From the NCBI GenBank assembly GCA_977862235.1, contig OZ374558.1:2108001-2172000 (forward strand): 64,000 bases of DNA, written 5' to 3'. This DNA is from Dudresnaya verticillata (lineage: Eukaryota). Below the pieces are notes generated by a model. That model saw only the letters and a list, made by a program, of their open reading frames with translations, ran no database searches and was not told where the DNA came from. Below are positions 1 through 10,632 of this stretch, piece by piece. Position numbers and translations under genes: made by a program. Positions within the stretch are counted from its first letter, which is position 1. Each line of letters opens with the position of its first letter.

Positions 1-29
1 CGCCTTGGTTAAAGTGATGTTCCCCCTCC

Positions 30-104
30 TTAAGCTCCCGTATGGAGCGTCTTGATCTAAATATTCTTGAGTAAAGTTGATCTCTCTCTCTCTCTCTCTC
101 TCTC
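30..104 (+). mobile_element. 3' end of a CRE-like non-LTR retrotransposon with (TC)12 tail
   Basis: TAAG + GCTCC-cgtat-GGAGC hairpin + TAAAG + (TC)12 at 81-104; same layout as the 3' ends of the other CRE-like copies in the window. Confidence 0.5.
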
Positions 105-667
105 GACCCTTCGGGGGCTGCTTCTTTTCACAGAACCAGTCCACCTCATGGTGGTATGTCCGCGCGCGAGGTTGAGGTCAGTAAGTCTGCTGGAGAGGCT
201 GCGCGAGTCGCAACGGCGACATCGTTGGTGCCAGTCCGAGACCGTGGACCATTCGGCCCGCATCGGGTGATGCCGCTTGCGACATGGTGCCCGAGCTACT
301 GGGCGGAGCTCTCGAGTGAGTTCGACTATTGAACCCGCAGACAACGATACTGCGATTTATCATACCACATCCCAATCCACAAGCGCTTTCTGCCTTCCAT
401 ATCCAGGATCCCAGTAAACATAACAAACTCTCTTTACAAATTCGATGTTTCGGTTTGAATGTCATAGCATCCGCGCTCTGAGAGTTGGTACGCGGGAAGG
501 TACCTGAACTATGAGCAACCAGAAGAGCCCGCTCTGACACGCGCTACATTCGCAACGCTGGTGCCCCCGCAAATTCCACACCGTCGCAAACCCGGCGCAG
601 CGGCTTTTCCTGCGAGTGTCCTCAAGGATTACGAGACTCGCGCTTTGCATTTCTCGCGATGAGCCAA

Positions 668-1106
668 GAGAGAGAGAGAGAGAGCGACAGCGACAGAGAG
701 AGACCTTTGTTCAAGAACAACAGAGAAGCCCATTAAGTGGGTTTAGGAATCAGAGCTACCGCAAAGAGGCGGTAGAGCTAGCTTGCGGCGATTGATACTC
801 CCCGCGGCGCATTGGAGAGCTAAAGAGAGTAAACGAGTAGTGAGGCGAAGCCTCTCCGTAGATGGAGAGGTCCCACGTTGGCTGGCAATGAAATTAGCTG
901 TACGTTAGGCGCCAAGCTCAAAGACGGATCCAACACGGTCCTAGGCATTTACAACCATAGGATGAAGAACCATATCCACACTACCACACAGGCGGCGGTA
1001 ACGAGAGTGTTTGAAGCGTTCGCGGGCTGCAATAGCTTGGCCAGGGACACAAACAGTGGAGCCGTGAATAAAATGGGTGCTGACGAAGGAGACATCAAAG
1101 CCATGG
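668..1106 (-). mobile_element. 5'-truncated, diverged CRE-like retrotransposon copy (subfamily A-related)
   Basis: Aligns by eye to 42474-42880; encodes HGFDVSFVS...GQAIAARERFKHSRYRRLCGSVDMVLHPMVV; GA-repeat tail on + strand at ~668-702. Confidence 0.9.
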
Positions 1107-1143
1107 ATCCATACGCAGCTGCGCAGCACGCCGCGCCCCTCCC

Positions 1144-2159
1144 TCACCGTCGCTCTACCTCCGACCGGAACGTCTTCGCGCCGTGTATCCCACGAACCCA
1201 AATTGTGGCGTTGTTCCGCATTCCAACGTCGCCCGGACACTCGGTCTCGTTCAGCACATCGCCGCGCCAAAACAGCCGCAGCCTGTTCGCCACCGCCCCA
1301 AACTCGCTCGCGTACGCCTTTTTCACCTTCCAGAACTGCGTCGTCCGCTTGATCCGAAGCACCCTCTTCTCGCTCACCGTCTCGCCCGACACAAGCACCT
1401 CCAGAGAGCTCTTCGTCCAAGCCCCGCGCTTCCGCGCACGCCGCGGTGTCTGCGCGCTCGGTCCTTGCGCACCTCGCGAGCTCCCGCCACTGCACGTCGC
1501 GCCCGCTTCCTCCTTGCCCTGGCGGCCCGACTCGCCTGCCTGCGCCCCACTCGTCCCATCGACCGACGCGCCTTCCCCCTTCTCGCGAGCAGGAGAGCGC
1601 TCTGATGACGAGACACGCGCCCGCTTTCTCCCGGCATGTGCACGCGCCGCACCTTGCTCTTCGTGCGCGCACGACGGTTCCCGCTCGCGTTTGGCTCCTG
1701 CCGGCGGCGGCGGCGGAGGCGGAGGCGGAGGCGGAGGCACACCCGCGTCCGCCGCGCCAGCTGCCGCCGCTGCGCCGGGCGTCGCGGGGTGCGCGGCGGC
1801 ATTGCGCCGAGTAGGCACCTCGTCGCCGTCCGCGCACGACGGTTCCCGCTCGCGTTTGACCCCGCCGCCGCCACCTGCCGGCGGCGGCGGAGGCGGAGGC
1901 ACACCCGCGTCCGCCGCGCCAGCTGCCGCCGCTGCGCCGGGCGTCGCGGGGTGCGCGGCGGCATTGCGCCGAGCAGGCACCTCGTCGCCGTCCGCGCACG
2001 ACGGTTCCCGCTCGCGTTTGACCCCGTCGCCGCCACCTGCCGGCGGCGGCGGAGGCGGAGGCACACCCGCGTCTGCCGCGCCAGCTGCAGCCGCTGTGCC
2101 GGGCGTCGCGGGGTGCGCGGCGGCATTGCGCCGAGCAGGCACCTCGCCGCCGTGCGCGC

Positions 2160-2199
<40 letters not shown>

Positions 2200-2883
2200 G
2201 GGGGCCGCAGTGGATGCGCGCGCGCCGCGCGCGTCGGCGACGTGCGGCGGCGGAGGCGCGGCGAACGCGTTGCCGTCGTCCTTGTTGTTCCACGGCGATG
2301 GGCGCGCCGCATCGGCGTCGGCGGCGGCGGCGGCGGCGGGCGGAGGCGTGGCGAACTCGTTGCCGTCGTCCTTCTTCTTCTCCGGCGGTGCGCGCGCGGC
2401 GTCGGCGTCGGCTTTGGCTCCGGCTTGGAGAGCCGCCGCGGCGGCGCGGACGTCGCGCTGCCAGAAGGCGTGGTCCGGCGGCACGCCCCAGACGAGATGG
2501 TACGCGTGGCGCAGGCGGGACGCGGCGTCGTCCGGCGCGGCGGGCGGGTGTGTCAAGGGGTGGTGGTGCAGGAAGCAGGCAAAGTGGTCTGCGCAGTAGC
2601 GGCTGTACGCGCGCGTGTCGAGCACGAGCTCTCGCCAGGCGGCCGCGAGCACGGGCGGGAGGTGCGGCGGCGGCGGCGGCGGCGCGGCGGCGCGGTCGCC
2701 GTCATCGCGCGGCGCGGGCGCGTGCAGGCGCGACTTGACGACGAGCACGCGGTGCAGCTCTGCGACGAGGCGGTGGGCGAAGACGGGCGGGAGCGGGTGG
2801 AAGTGGAGCGCGAGTCGCGCGGTGAGCGGCGAGAGGATGGGCGGCGGCGGCGCGGCGGCGGAGAAGAGGCGCGCGTCGGGCAT
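1144..2883 (-). CDS. Protein with N-terminal GRDP/DUF1399-like domain, Pro/Ala-rich repeats and C-terminal SUMO-like (ubiquitin-fold) domain
   Basis: ATG at 2883 (MPDARLF). Motif PPVLAAAWRELVLDTRAYSRYCADHFACFLHHHP...AYHLVWGVPPDHAFW resembles GRDP-like domains. C-terminal LRIKRTTQFWKVKKAYASEFG...LRLFWRGDVLNETECPGDVGMRNNATIWV resembles SUMO/Rad60-SLD. Confidence 0.75.
1665..2150 (-). repeat. Three intragenic ~160-bp (~53 aa) tandem repeats
   Basis: EVPARRNAAAHPATPG...PPPPPPAGG...KREREPSCA repeated three times, near identical at DNA level. Confidence 0.95.
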
Positions 2884-3118
2884 GGTTGTGATGGTAAAAG
2901 GTTGTGGGGAGCGGGGGCGGTGGTGCGACAATAGTGCGGAGTGGCTCAAGACGTTCCATGTCTGTTACCTTAACGAAACTTAACTAATTTCCTTCAACGG
3001 AAGGAGATGGCGCGTCGTACCTTCCCTCCACACGTGTCCGCGCTGTACGCCGTGGCACACGTGTTCCAGTGTCCACGTGGACACGCACTCCTTCGAGGCG
3101 ACGCCGGCGACTGCGCGC

Positions 3119-4627
3119 CTACTCGACCTTCCCACCGCGGTCGCGGTCGCGCGCGAGCACTAACGCCGCCGCCTGCACGCCCGCGCCCACGCCCGCACCC
3201 GCGCCCGCGCCCGCGCCGAGCTCGCCGCCGTCGCTCCCGGTCACCGCGTCCTTGCGCAGCCGCCGGCGCCGCGTGCGCACCCACCGCCTCGCGGCAAACT
3301 CGGCGCACACGCCGCCCACCATGAACGCCAGCGCCACGCCCAGCAGCGCGATCCCGGTCGGCCGCAGGTTGCCCGCGGCCGCGCACTCGCCCACCCACAC
3401 CTCGGCCGCCTTGACGCGCCCCGCGTCGCCGAGCTGCGCGCCGGTCACGCGCGTCACCACGCTCTGCCGCCGCGTCGACCCGATCGACAGCACCTCCACG
3501 CCCTTGATGCCCAGCGGCACGGCCGTCAGCACGTTGGTCAGCAGCGTGTACACCAGCATGCCGGCCGTGTTCACGTCGGCCACCAGCGCCACCGGCACCA
3601 GGTTCATCGCCAGCGGCAGCGCGAGGATCGCCATGTTGGACGGCGTCGTCGCGTCCGACGCCTGCTGCGCCGCGTGCTCGCCGGCGCGCAGCGCGTCCTG
3701 CACCGCGATGTTGTCCGCGGAGAACACCGTGCTGAACGCAGACCCGACCACCACGCCCGACCCGTCCGCAATGATCGTCGTGGCGTTGGTGGCCCACTCC
3801 GCCTCGCCCGACTCGGTCCACACCCGCACGCGCATGCTCGCCGGCGCCGCCATCGCGCGCCCGTCGTCCGCCGTGCGCACGTACTCGTACACAAACTGCC
3901 GCTGCCGCACGCCCAGCGACAGGTCCTTGTCGGCGTTGGTCAGCCGCGTCGCGAGGAACCACTCCCCGCCGAGCTTGACAAACGCAGCATAGTCGTGCGT
4001 GCACGCCTGGCTTCTCACGTTGTACACAAAGCCCGTGGCGCGCGTGGCGCGCGTCCAGTTGCCGATGATTTCTCCTCGTACCGTCTCCGCCTCGGCGTCG
4101 GCTTGCTTTGCGCGCCCGAGCACGGCGTCGTAAACTTGCGCCCTTGTAAACCCCTTTTCGTCCGGCTGCCCGGCCACGACCACGCCGTCGCCAGCCCCGC
4201 TTCCGTACACGTCGGAGACGCACGAGTCGTCGGGCGCCGACCAGCCGCGCAGCGCAAAGTACAAACGCACGTCGGTGCGCCACCGGTCTGCGTTGCGCGA
4301 GTTGCACGTGGTCAGCACATCCGCACGGAGGCGCGAGGAGGACAGCTGCGAGTGCGCGGCCGCCGTTGCCGCGCGGTCGATGTGGCGCACAAACGACAGC
4401 AACGTGCGGATGTGCCCGAGGTGCGCCTTTGGCGTGAGAGACGAGATGGGCGCGGCCGACGACAGGTAGAAGTGCGTGTTGCGCATGGCAGTCGGCGCCT
4501 TGGACGGCGACGGCGTCGCCGTTGGCGTCGCCTGCGTCTTGGCGAGCGGCAGCGCGACAAGCAGCAGGAACAGCAGGAAGAGAAGCTGCGCGCGCGGGAG
4601 CGCGCGGCGTCCGTGACCGCGCGGCAT
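3119..4627 (-). CDS. Uncharacterised signal-peptide / multi-pass membrane protein
   Basis: ATG at 4627; hydrophobic LLFLLFLLLVALPLA signal; C-terminal hydrophobic segments AILALPLAMNLVPVALVA, MLVYTLLTNVLTAVPLGI, IALLGVALAFMVGGVCA; GC3-rich codon use. Confidence 0.75.
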   Translation of the reverse strand: MPRGHGRRALPRAQLLFLLFLLLVALPLAKTQATPTATPSPSKAPTAMRNTHFYLSSAAPISSLTPKAHLGHIRTLLSFVRHIDRAATAAAHSQLSSSRLRADVLTTCNSRNADRWRTDVRLYFALRGWSAPDDSCVSDVYGSGAGDGVVVAGQPDEKGFTRAQVYDAVLGRAKQADAEAETVRGEIIGNWTRATRATGFVYNVRSQACTHDYAAFVKLGGEWFLATRLTNADKDLSLGVRQRQFVYEYVRTADDGRAMAAPASMRVRVWTESGEAEWATNATTIIADGSGVVVGSAFSTVFSADNIAVQDALRAGEHAAQQASDATTPSNMAILALPLAMNLVPVALVADVNTAGMLVYTLLTNVLTAVPLGIKGVEVLSIGSTRRQSVVTRVTGAQLGDAGRVKAAEVWVGECAAAGNLRPTGIALLGVALAFMVGGVCAEFAARRWVRTRRRRLRKDAVTGSDGGELGAGAGAGAGVGAGVQAAALVLARDRDRGGKVE

Positions 4628-5324
4628 CGCGGGACGAGTGCGCAGCGCGGCGGAGGCGGCGGAGGCTCTCGGGCTCGGCGGAGGCGGCGGCGGCAACGCG
4701 GGCGAGCGGCGCGAGCCGGTCGAGTTCAGGTCGGAGCGTTGCGCCGGCTTTCAAGTGCGGTGCTGCTTGGCGCTGCTGCATCGCATGCGCCGCGGCGCGA
4801 GTGGATTGGCCGCGGCGCGTTCCACGCAGCCGCCGCGGCGGCTGTTGGACTGACTTCATTGCTGTGGAAATCGACGCGTTCGAAGCGCTTTCAGACTCGT
4901 CTGATTTTGACTTGAAGCTGTGCCGCGCCGTTGCCGCATCCGAATCCGACTCGAGTGACTCCGGACTGGTCCAAGGTCGCTGAACAACGCGAAGACCACG
5001 CCAAAGGCCGGTCATTGCTCTTACGCCGATGGAATCCAAGACTGAGGCTGCGCTTCATGCCTTGAGCAGTGCCGTCGATGTTAATCCTCTGTACACTGTA
5101 GACATGTACAATCTGCCGGTCTCACTGCCAACACACTGCTAGTCTCCCGCTTTTTGCTCTGCTCATCCGCAACGCCCGACCAAGCAATCTGGCGAATGCC
5201 ATCCCACCAAGCCGAGGCATTCATCTGCATCTGATATGTCATCTCAAAACCACGCCTCCTGAACTCGGCCATCTCCCTGTCTGTTGAAGTCCACAACCGG
5301 TGTCGCCAGACATTACCTTCAACA

Positions 5325-5700
5325 AGAGAGATGGGGACCTTTATGGTAGGATTGGAAGGGCGCTAAGTCGCCCCGTCTACGCAAGGACCTACCTGAAGGG
5401 CAAGACGACGGCGATTGATCGCCAGCGCCTGAAAGCGGAGAAGATGAGATACAATGCGATTCGTGAGTGCTTGCGTTTCATCCGAAGGGTTACTCCCTCT
5501 CCGTTCGGACGTAAAGCGGCCAATGGCACGTAACGCCTGACGAGCCTCAGTGCCAATAGCGCCGTAGGAGTCAATACCGACAGCATAGAAATCCATTCCC
5601 TCGCTGTCGAGTAGATCTTGGTAATGCGCTCTTTTGGGCCCTTCAACAAGTGATAGACAAGACTGAAGGGCTCCCGGAAGAAGCGGAGTGCTGCATTCTG
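5325..5700 (-). mobile_element. Decayed CRE-like retrotransposon 3' fragment (distinct subfamily)
   Basis: ORF 5363..5596 (FYAVGIDSYGAIG...PSDETQALTNRIVSHLLRFQALAINRR) parallels the ORF2 C-terminus (HPMVVDVYGRVG...PSTEKLRLTTRLLSLVLQCVAVSVNRR); ends ATAAAGGTCCCCATCTCTC; 5' limit uncertain. Confidence 0.75.
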
Positions 5701-6555
5701 CCCATCACGCGCCGACCAGAACGGCATACGCAGCGCAGAAAACAAAGCGAAGAAGCGCACGAGTCGTGGCTATGCAGTTTTGCGAAGCTCTTTTTGTGGC
5801 CCACGACCCGGCACCGGCCCTTAATCCTTTCCCACGCTGAACACACGCCGCGTCGACGCTACTCCTCGGCTCTAGCTCCCTTGATCACATTCCGAACGGT
5901 TCCTTTGAAAACCCTGCCTGAGACGAATGCGGCGGGCGTGCTCTTCTCTACGAACAGTACTCTACCTGCTCGTTCAATCCGAGCATAGACTGCGCTCAGA
6001 AATGCCGACCCGCCAGTTCCATGGGGTATTAATCACCATCCTTCTTCCTCTTCAGGGACAGAAAGGGGTAGAGGTCTTCGTCGTTGATAATCTGCTACAA
6101 GTGTTACAGTTTCACTCCAGCTCACGCTGAGGTCTCGTACAATAGCGCTCTTTGTAGCCTGAGCTTCTGGGTGAGTACAAAAAACCTCATGCCTCGATGC
6201 CACCCTGTGGCTATAGACACACACCAGGACAGCTTCCCGACCGCTAAATATGCACATGTATGAATGGGAGTAACTCCTACCCTTGCTATGATATTCACGA
6301 GCGCTTGTCTATTGTAAGGAGCGGTTTACGCTGTGCCGTCAACGTTGTAAGAACTTCTGCGAATGATAGATGCCAGGTGTTTGAGGAGAAGTCTTCATCA
6401 CGGCTGCTGTGATACACAGTCGCTTGAAGTCGATCGGCTTGGGCACGCTCAGGTATGTTGTGCACTTTTACAAACAGTTGAGACATCCATTCCGACAGTT
6501 GAAGTCATGGATGTTAACTTCTATGCGAGGTCAAAGGGAAGGTGCTGTTTCCGTT

Positions 6556-9500
6556 TTAGTGCTTTGGTACTTTGCTCATGGTGCGCCTCCTTTTCGCTAC
6601 TGGGCTCACAATGGAGTCTTCATGGCGGCTGCGAACACAACCCTTACTCTCCAGGGGTTTCTCAGCTTCATTGCTATGCTCACGATCGGGGACGTTTCCA
6701 ATGCCGGAACCAGTCTGATAACGACCATATCGAGAGGAGGGAGACGAATGATCGTGCCGTTCGTCATATTTCGGATGACGTGCGGCAGGGGTAAGTGTAC
6801 CTTGGCGATTATCCTCATCATCACGTGGCGACAGACGAGATCTGGAATTGCGTTGCTCCAGGAAACGAGGGTCGCTGCCCTCAAGAGAGGGGCTGCGAGC
6901 TCTCATATCCCAACGTGTGGATCGTCGACCGGAGAGGCGTTTCGCTTCGCGCTGTGGGGAGCCACTAGAACGCGGTCTCAATGACTCTGGACGACGGTTA
7001 CCGGAGCCTTCAGCCTTCGCCCCACTTGCGTTCGAGCCCAGACGTCTACCGACGTGAGAATCCTCTTCGCGGTGCGGTGAAATTCTTGCTCTCTTCCTCT
7101 CTGAATCGGACCAACGATGGTAGGGGCCTTCATGATCCGGACTGCCTGCGTTCGATCCGCGACATCTATCACTTTGGCGAAAATAGTCGCGGTCTGGTGA
7201 CGGACTATTCCCCGGTCTACGATACTCTCTCTTGCGATAATATCGGCCTTCAGATACCGGCCTACGTCTTTCCGAGAAACGACGTCCAATATGGCGATCT
7301 TCCTCGTCGTGGTGCGGAGAGCGTCTATCGCTCGGTCTGTCAGATCTTGACGGAACGTGGTAGGGACCTTCACGTGTCGGGCTTCCTGCACTTGGGCCCC
7401 GACGTCTACCACTTCGATAAGTGTCATTGCGGTGTGGTGATGAACTATCCTTCGGGCTCCACGACTCCGCACGATTATAGTCGCGGTCTTCTCGCGTCGG
7501 ACTATACCTATTCGGGAAACGACGTCCACGATAGCGCTCTTCCTCGTCGTGGTGCGGTGAAAATCTATCCCTTCGTCTGACAGAGTTTGGCTGAATGTGG
7601 TAGGGACCTTCACGTGTCGGGCTGCGTGCGCTCGAGCCCCGACGTCTACCACGTTGATAGGGGTCGTCGCGGTGCGGTGATGGACAATGCTTCGGTCTCC
7701 ACGACTCTGGCCGACTATACTCGCGGCCTTCAGGAATTGGTGGCTCATTAGAGCCGTGACATAGACCTTGACGACGGTCGCCGTCCCGGTGGGGTGACGA
7801 AGTATCCCACGGTTTCTCAGGCTCTGAGCGACGGAAATATTGCACTTGACGAATCGGGCTGCTTGCACGCGAACCCCGAATTCTTCCTTCGCGATGGATC
7901 TCGTCGCGGTGTGGTGACACACGTTCCCCCAACCTCCACTGATCTTCCTGAAGATATCTGCGGCCACCACGAGGCATATTTCCCCCGTTCGAGACATTAA
8001 TGCCACTGTATCGGCGGCCATCGTCGCGGTACGGGGACAAACTATCCCTCAGTCTCCTTGATTCTTCCCGACGCTTGTACTCACCTTGAATTTCTGGGCT
8101 GCCGACCCTCGAGCCCCAACCTCTACAGCTGTGATGAACCTTGTCTCGTTGCGTCGCTGGAGTATCCCTCTCCCTCTGTCCACGTGAATCTGTCTGATGA
8201 TAATCGCGGCCATCTCGAGTCGGACTGCGCCAGTTAGAACCACGAAGTACACTGCGACGGCGATTCTCGCCACGGCCGTAGCGGTTCGGTGACAAGCTAT
8301 CTTGATACTGCCCGGCCCGCAAATCCCGTTCGCGTTGTGGTGAAATACCTTCCCTCCGTGACACAGACTGGTGATAATCACGCCTTTCATGACTTTCGCT
8401 GCCGGTATTATATCGGCGAAGTCCGGTATTAATACGGTTCTCAGCGCTCGGATACCGACGAGAACGTGGAGACAAATGAGGAGTTGGAGACCGACGAGGG
8501 CTTGGCGACCGACGAGGGCCTGGAGACCGACGAGGGCTTGGAGACCGATGAGGACTTGGAGACCGACGAGGACTTGGAGACCGACGAGGACTTGGAGACC
8601 GACGAGGACTTAGGTGCTGAGACGCTGACAGAGGAGCTTCGCGCGCTTTTCGAGTCGAATTACCTGCGCTCTCTTCGTTACCCTCAACGCGAAATCGGTT
8701 CTCGTTGAGTTCTAGCGAGGGAATAGCTCTTGGGCTCCGTGCGTCCGATCGTTGATTGTCGCGGTCTTCATTTGTCTGACTGCTTCCACTTTTTCCCTGA
8801 ATTTCACGGCCTTCATCAAGCGGAATCGTACTGCGTTGTCTCGGGGTCGGGCTTGGAATGGCATCGCGGCGGTCTTCTTGAAGTTCTGGGGCCAGTCGGG
8901 TACCTAACACACACGGCTTTGGGTTTGGCATCAGGTTGGAAACCCCATGAGATAGGTCAGAGGCCGTTGCCGTCATAGCATTGTTTCCATTGGGAAGTGA
9001 TGAAAGGCTTGGTCCACCTGGCCCATTGCAGGTTATCCAAGCAGGCATAGGAACTGTAGGTTCGGGGTAATTGCGCGTTACAATCTTCGGAGAGTACGTT
9101 GATTGGTACGCCCCCTCGCTTCGGCTTAAGGTCCGCTTCGAAAATTCCACTCTGATTTCATGGTCTCCCCAACGGTTGCATTTGAGTTCTTTGAGTGCGT
9201 TTTCGGCTTCTTGTCTAGTATCGTAGCCAACGAACGCATAACGTTCAGTTATCCGTAGGCAAGCAACGTCCCCGAAGAGAGAAAAAAGATCTTTAAGGAC
9301 CTTCCTCGTTGTCGTGGAAGCATCGTAGCCCGTGACAAACAGTTCGTACAGCGGTGGCCTTTGATCGTTGTCGGAATCCTTGTTTCCAAGGGCTCTCTCG
9401 ACGCGTAGAACTCGGTTCCCAAAGAGCTGGTAAGTATGCCCGTCCAGGTTTGTGATTGCGGCTCTCCCTTCTGCTTCATTTCCCATCGTGATGAATGCAT

Positions 9501-9789
9501 ATCCGTCTCTTATGTTCACGTTCTTGACTAATCCGTATTCAGAGAACAAATCAACTAGATCAGCCGCTGGGCAGTCAGGGTGTACTGGTCTGACAAAAAC
9601 TTGGAAGCCATCACGGCTGCGTCGTGGTGGGACGCCTGATGGTAATCCCCTCTCCTCTGGCCAAGGGTGACTTGGTCCGGCGGTCTTCTTCAGCGTCGGT
9701 GACTGCGGAACCCGCGAAAGGTTGTCCGGAGGCAGAACTGCGGAATCCGGAGTGGCCGACGGCGGTGGTGGCGACAGATTTCGTTGCAT
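6556..9789 (-). CDS. SR-like RNA-binding protein: two RRMs plus a long Arg/Ser/Pro-rich repetitive tail
   Basis: RRM1 FQVFVRPV...DGYAFITM...LRVERA; RRM2 YELFVTGYD...ERYAFVGY...IRVEFSK; SPRRSP repeats; 1077 aa uninterrupted ORF. Confidence 0.85.
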   Translation of the reverse strand: MQRNLSPPPPSATPDSAVLPPDNLSRVPQSPTLKKTAGPSHPWPEERGLPSGVPPRRSRDGFQVFVRPVHPDCPAADLVDLFSEYGLVKNVNIRDGYAFITMGNEAEGRAAITNLDGHTYQLFGNRVLRVERALGNKDSDNDQRPPLYELFVTGYDASTTTRKVLKDLFSLFGDVACLRITERYAFVGYDTRQEAENALKELKCNRWGDHEIRVEFSKRTLSRSEGAYQSTYSPKIVTRNYPEPTVPMPAWITCNGPGGPSLSSLPNGNNAMTATASDLSHGVSNLMPNPKPCVLGTRLAPELQEDRRDAIPSPTPRQRSTIPLDEGREIQGKSGSSQTNEDRDNQRSDARSPRAIPSLELNENRFRVEGNEESAGNSTRKAREAPLSASQHLSPRRSPSPRRSPSPRRSPSPHRSPSPRRSPGPRRSPSPRRSPTPHLSPRSRRYPSAENRINTGLRRYNTGSESHERRDYHQSVSRREGISPQRERDLRAGQYQDSLSPNRYGRGENRRRSVLRGSNWRSPTRDGRDYHQTDSRGQRERDTPATQRDKVHHSCRGWGSRVGSPEIQGEYKRREESRRLRDSLSPYRDDGRRYSGINVSNGGNMPRGGRRYLQEDQWRLGERVSPHRDEIHREGRIRGSRASSPIRQVQYFRRSEPEKPWDTSSPHRDGDRRQGLCHGSNEPPIPEGREYSRPESWRPKHCPSPHRDDPYQRGRRRGSSARSPTREGPYHIQPNSVRRRDRFSPHHDEEERYRGRRFPNRYSPTREDRDYNRAESWSPKDSSSPHRNDTYRSGRRRGPSAGSPTREGPYHVPSRSDRPSDRRSPHHDEEDRHIGRRFSERRRPVSEGRYYRKREYRRPGNSPSPDRDYFRQSDRCRGSNAGSPDHEGPYHRWSDSERKRARISPHREEDSHVGRRLGSNASGAKAEGSGNRRPESLRPRSSGSPQREAKRLSGRRSTRWDMRARSPSLEGSDPRFLEQRNSRSRLSPRDDEDNRQGTLTPAARHPKYDERHDHSSPSSRYGRYQTGSGIGNVPDREHSNEAEKPLESKGCVRSRHEDSIVSPVAKRRRTMSKVPKH
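8484..8610 (-). repeat. 18-bp coding minisatellite (SPRRSP x ~7)
   Basis: ttggagaccgacgagg(g/a)c repeated on + strand. Confidence 0.9.
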
Positions 9790-10436
9790 GGTGGACGAAG
9801 AGCGTAACCGTACGGGGCGAAGTCGTTGTGCGGGCTCATCGACAGCAGCTATAGAGGAAGCTGGAGTCTATGTGAGTTGAAGATTTAGAGAGGGGGCTGT
9901 GCAGAGGGGGCTGACAAGTAGCAAAGTGTTCCTTAAATCAGAAGGTTCGAACTGGGCGCGCTTCGTCGTCGACGACGGCGACAACAATTTCGTCAGAAAA
10001 CATGAAAATTGAAAATTAGGGTACATCACCTTCTCTCTCCGCAAATAGAAATCTCTGATTTTGGACATCATCCAATACAAAACTGACAGCTGCACCAATT
10101 GAAATGCTTAGAGCTTCTGTTGGACTTATCGAGGAGAAATGTGGAAAATGCTGAGTTTTGTATTTCAACTGTAATGCAAGCAGTCGCCGTCCTCCGCGCG
10201 TCCGAAGTGACGCGGGCGCTGTCGCTGGGCGGAAATAGAAGGAAATGCGCAACGCGCATCCTCTAGGTCCTGGGGCAGAGAAGTACGGACCAGAATCGGA
10301 CCTAGAGGGGGACTTGTGCCCGCTGCCCACGCTCCGACCCTCGCTTTGCTATCTCTATCATTTCCTTCCGAGCATCCTCCCCTTTCTCTACAGCGTACGT
10401 GCGCGTAACTATCGCTCTCTGTTGTGAACAGTCTAT

Positions 10437-10632
10437 GTTTACGGTTTACGGTTTACGGTTTACGGTTTACGGTTTACGGTTTACGGTTTACGGTTTACGG
10501 TTTACGGTTTACGGTTTACGGTTTATTGTTTACGGTTTACGGTTTATTGTTTACGGTTTACGGTTTACGGTTTACGGTTTACGGTTTACGGTTTACGGTT
10601 TATTGTTTACGGTTTACTGTTTACGGTTTACG
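10437..10632 (+). repeat. Telomere-like heptamer tract (GTTTACG/TTTACGG) x28
   Basis: 196 bp of a 7-mer with a few TTTATTG/TTTACTG variants in the distal half. Confidence 0.95.

Noticed and set aside
878..5039. Many long overlapping ORFs (573, 450, 432, 681, 413 aa)
   Set aside because: Shadow frames of two GC-rich genes; low-complexity Arg/Ala/Gly translations
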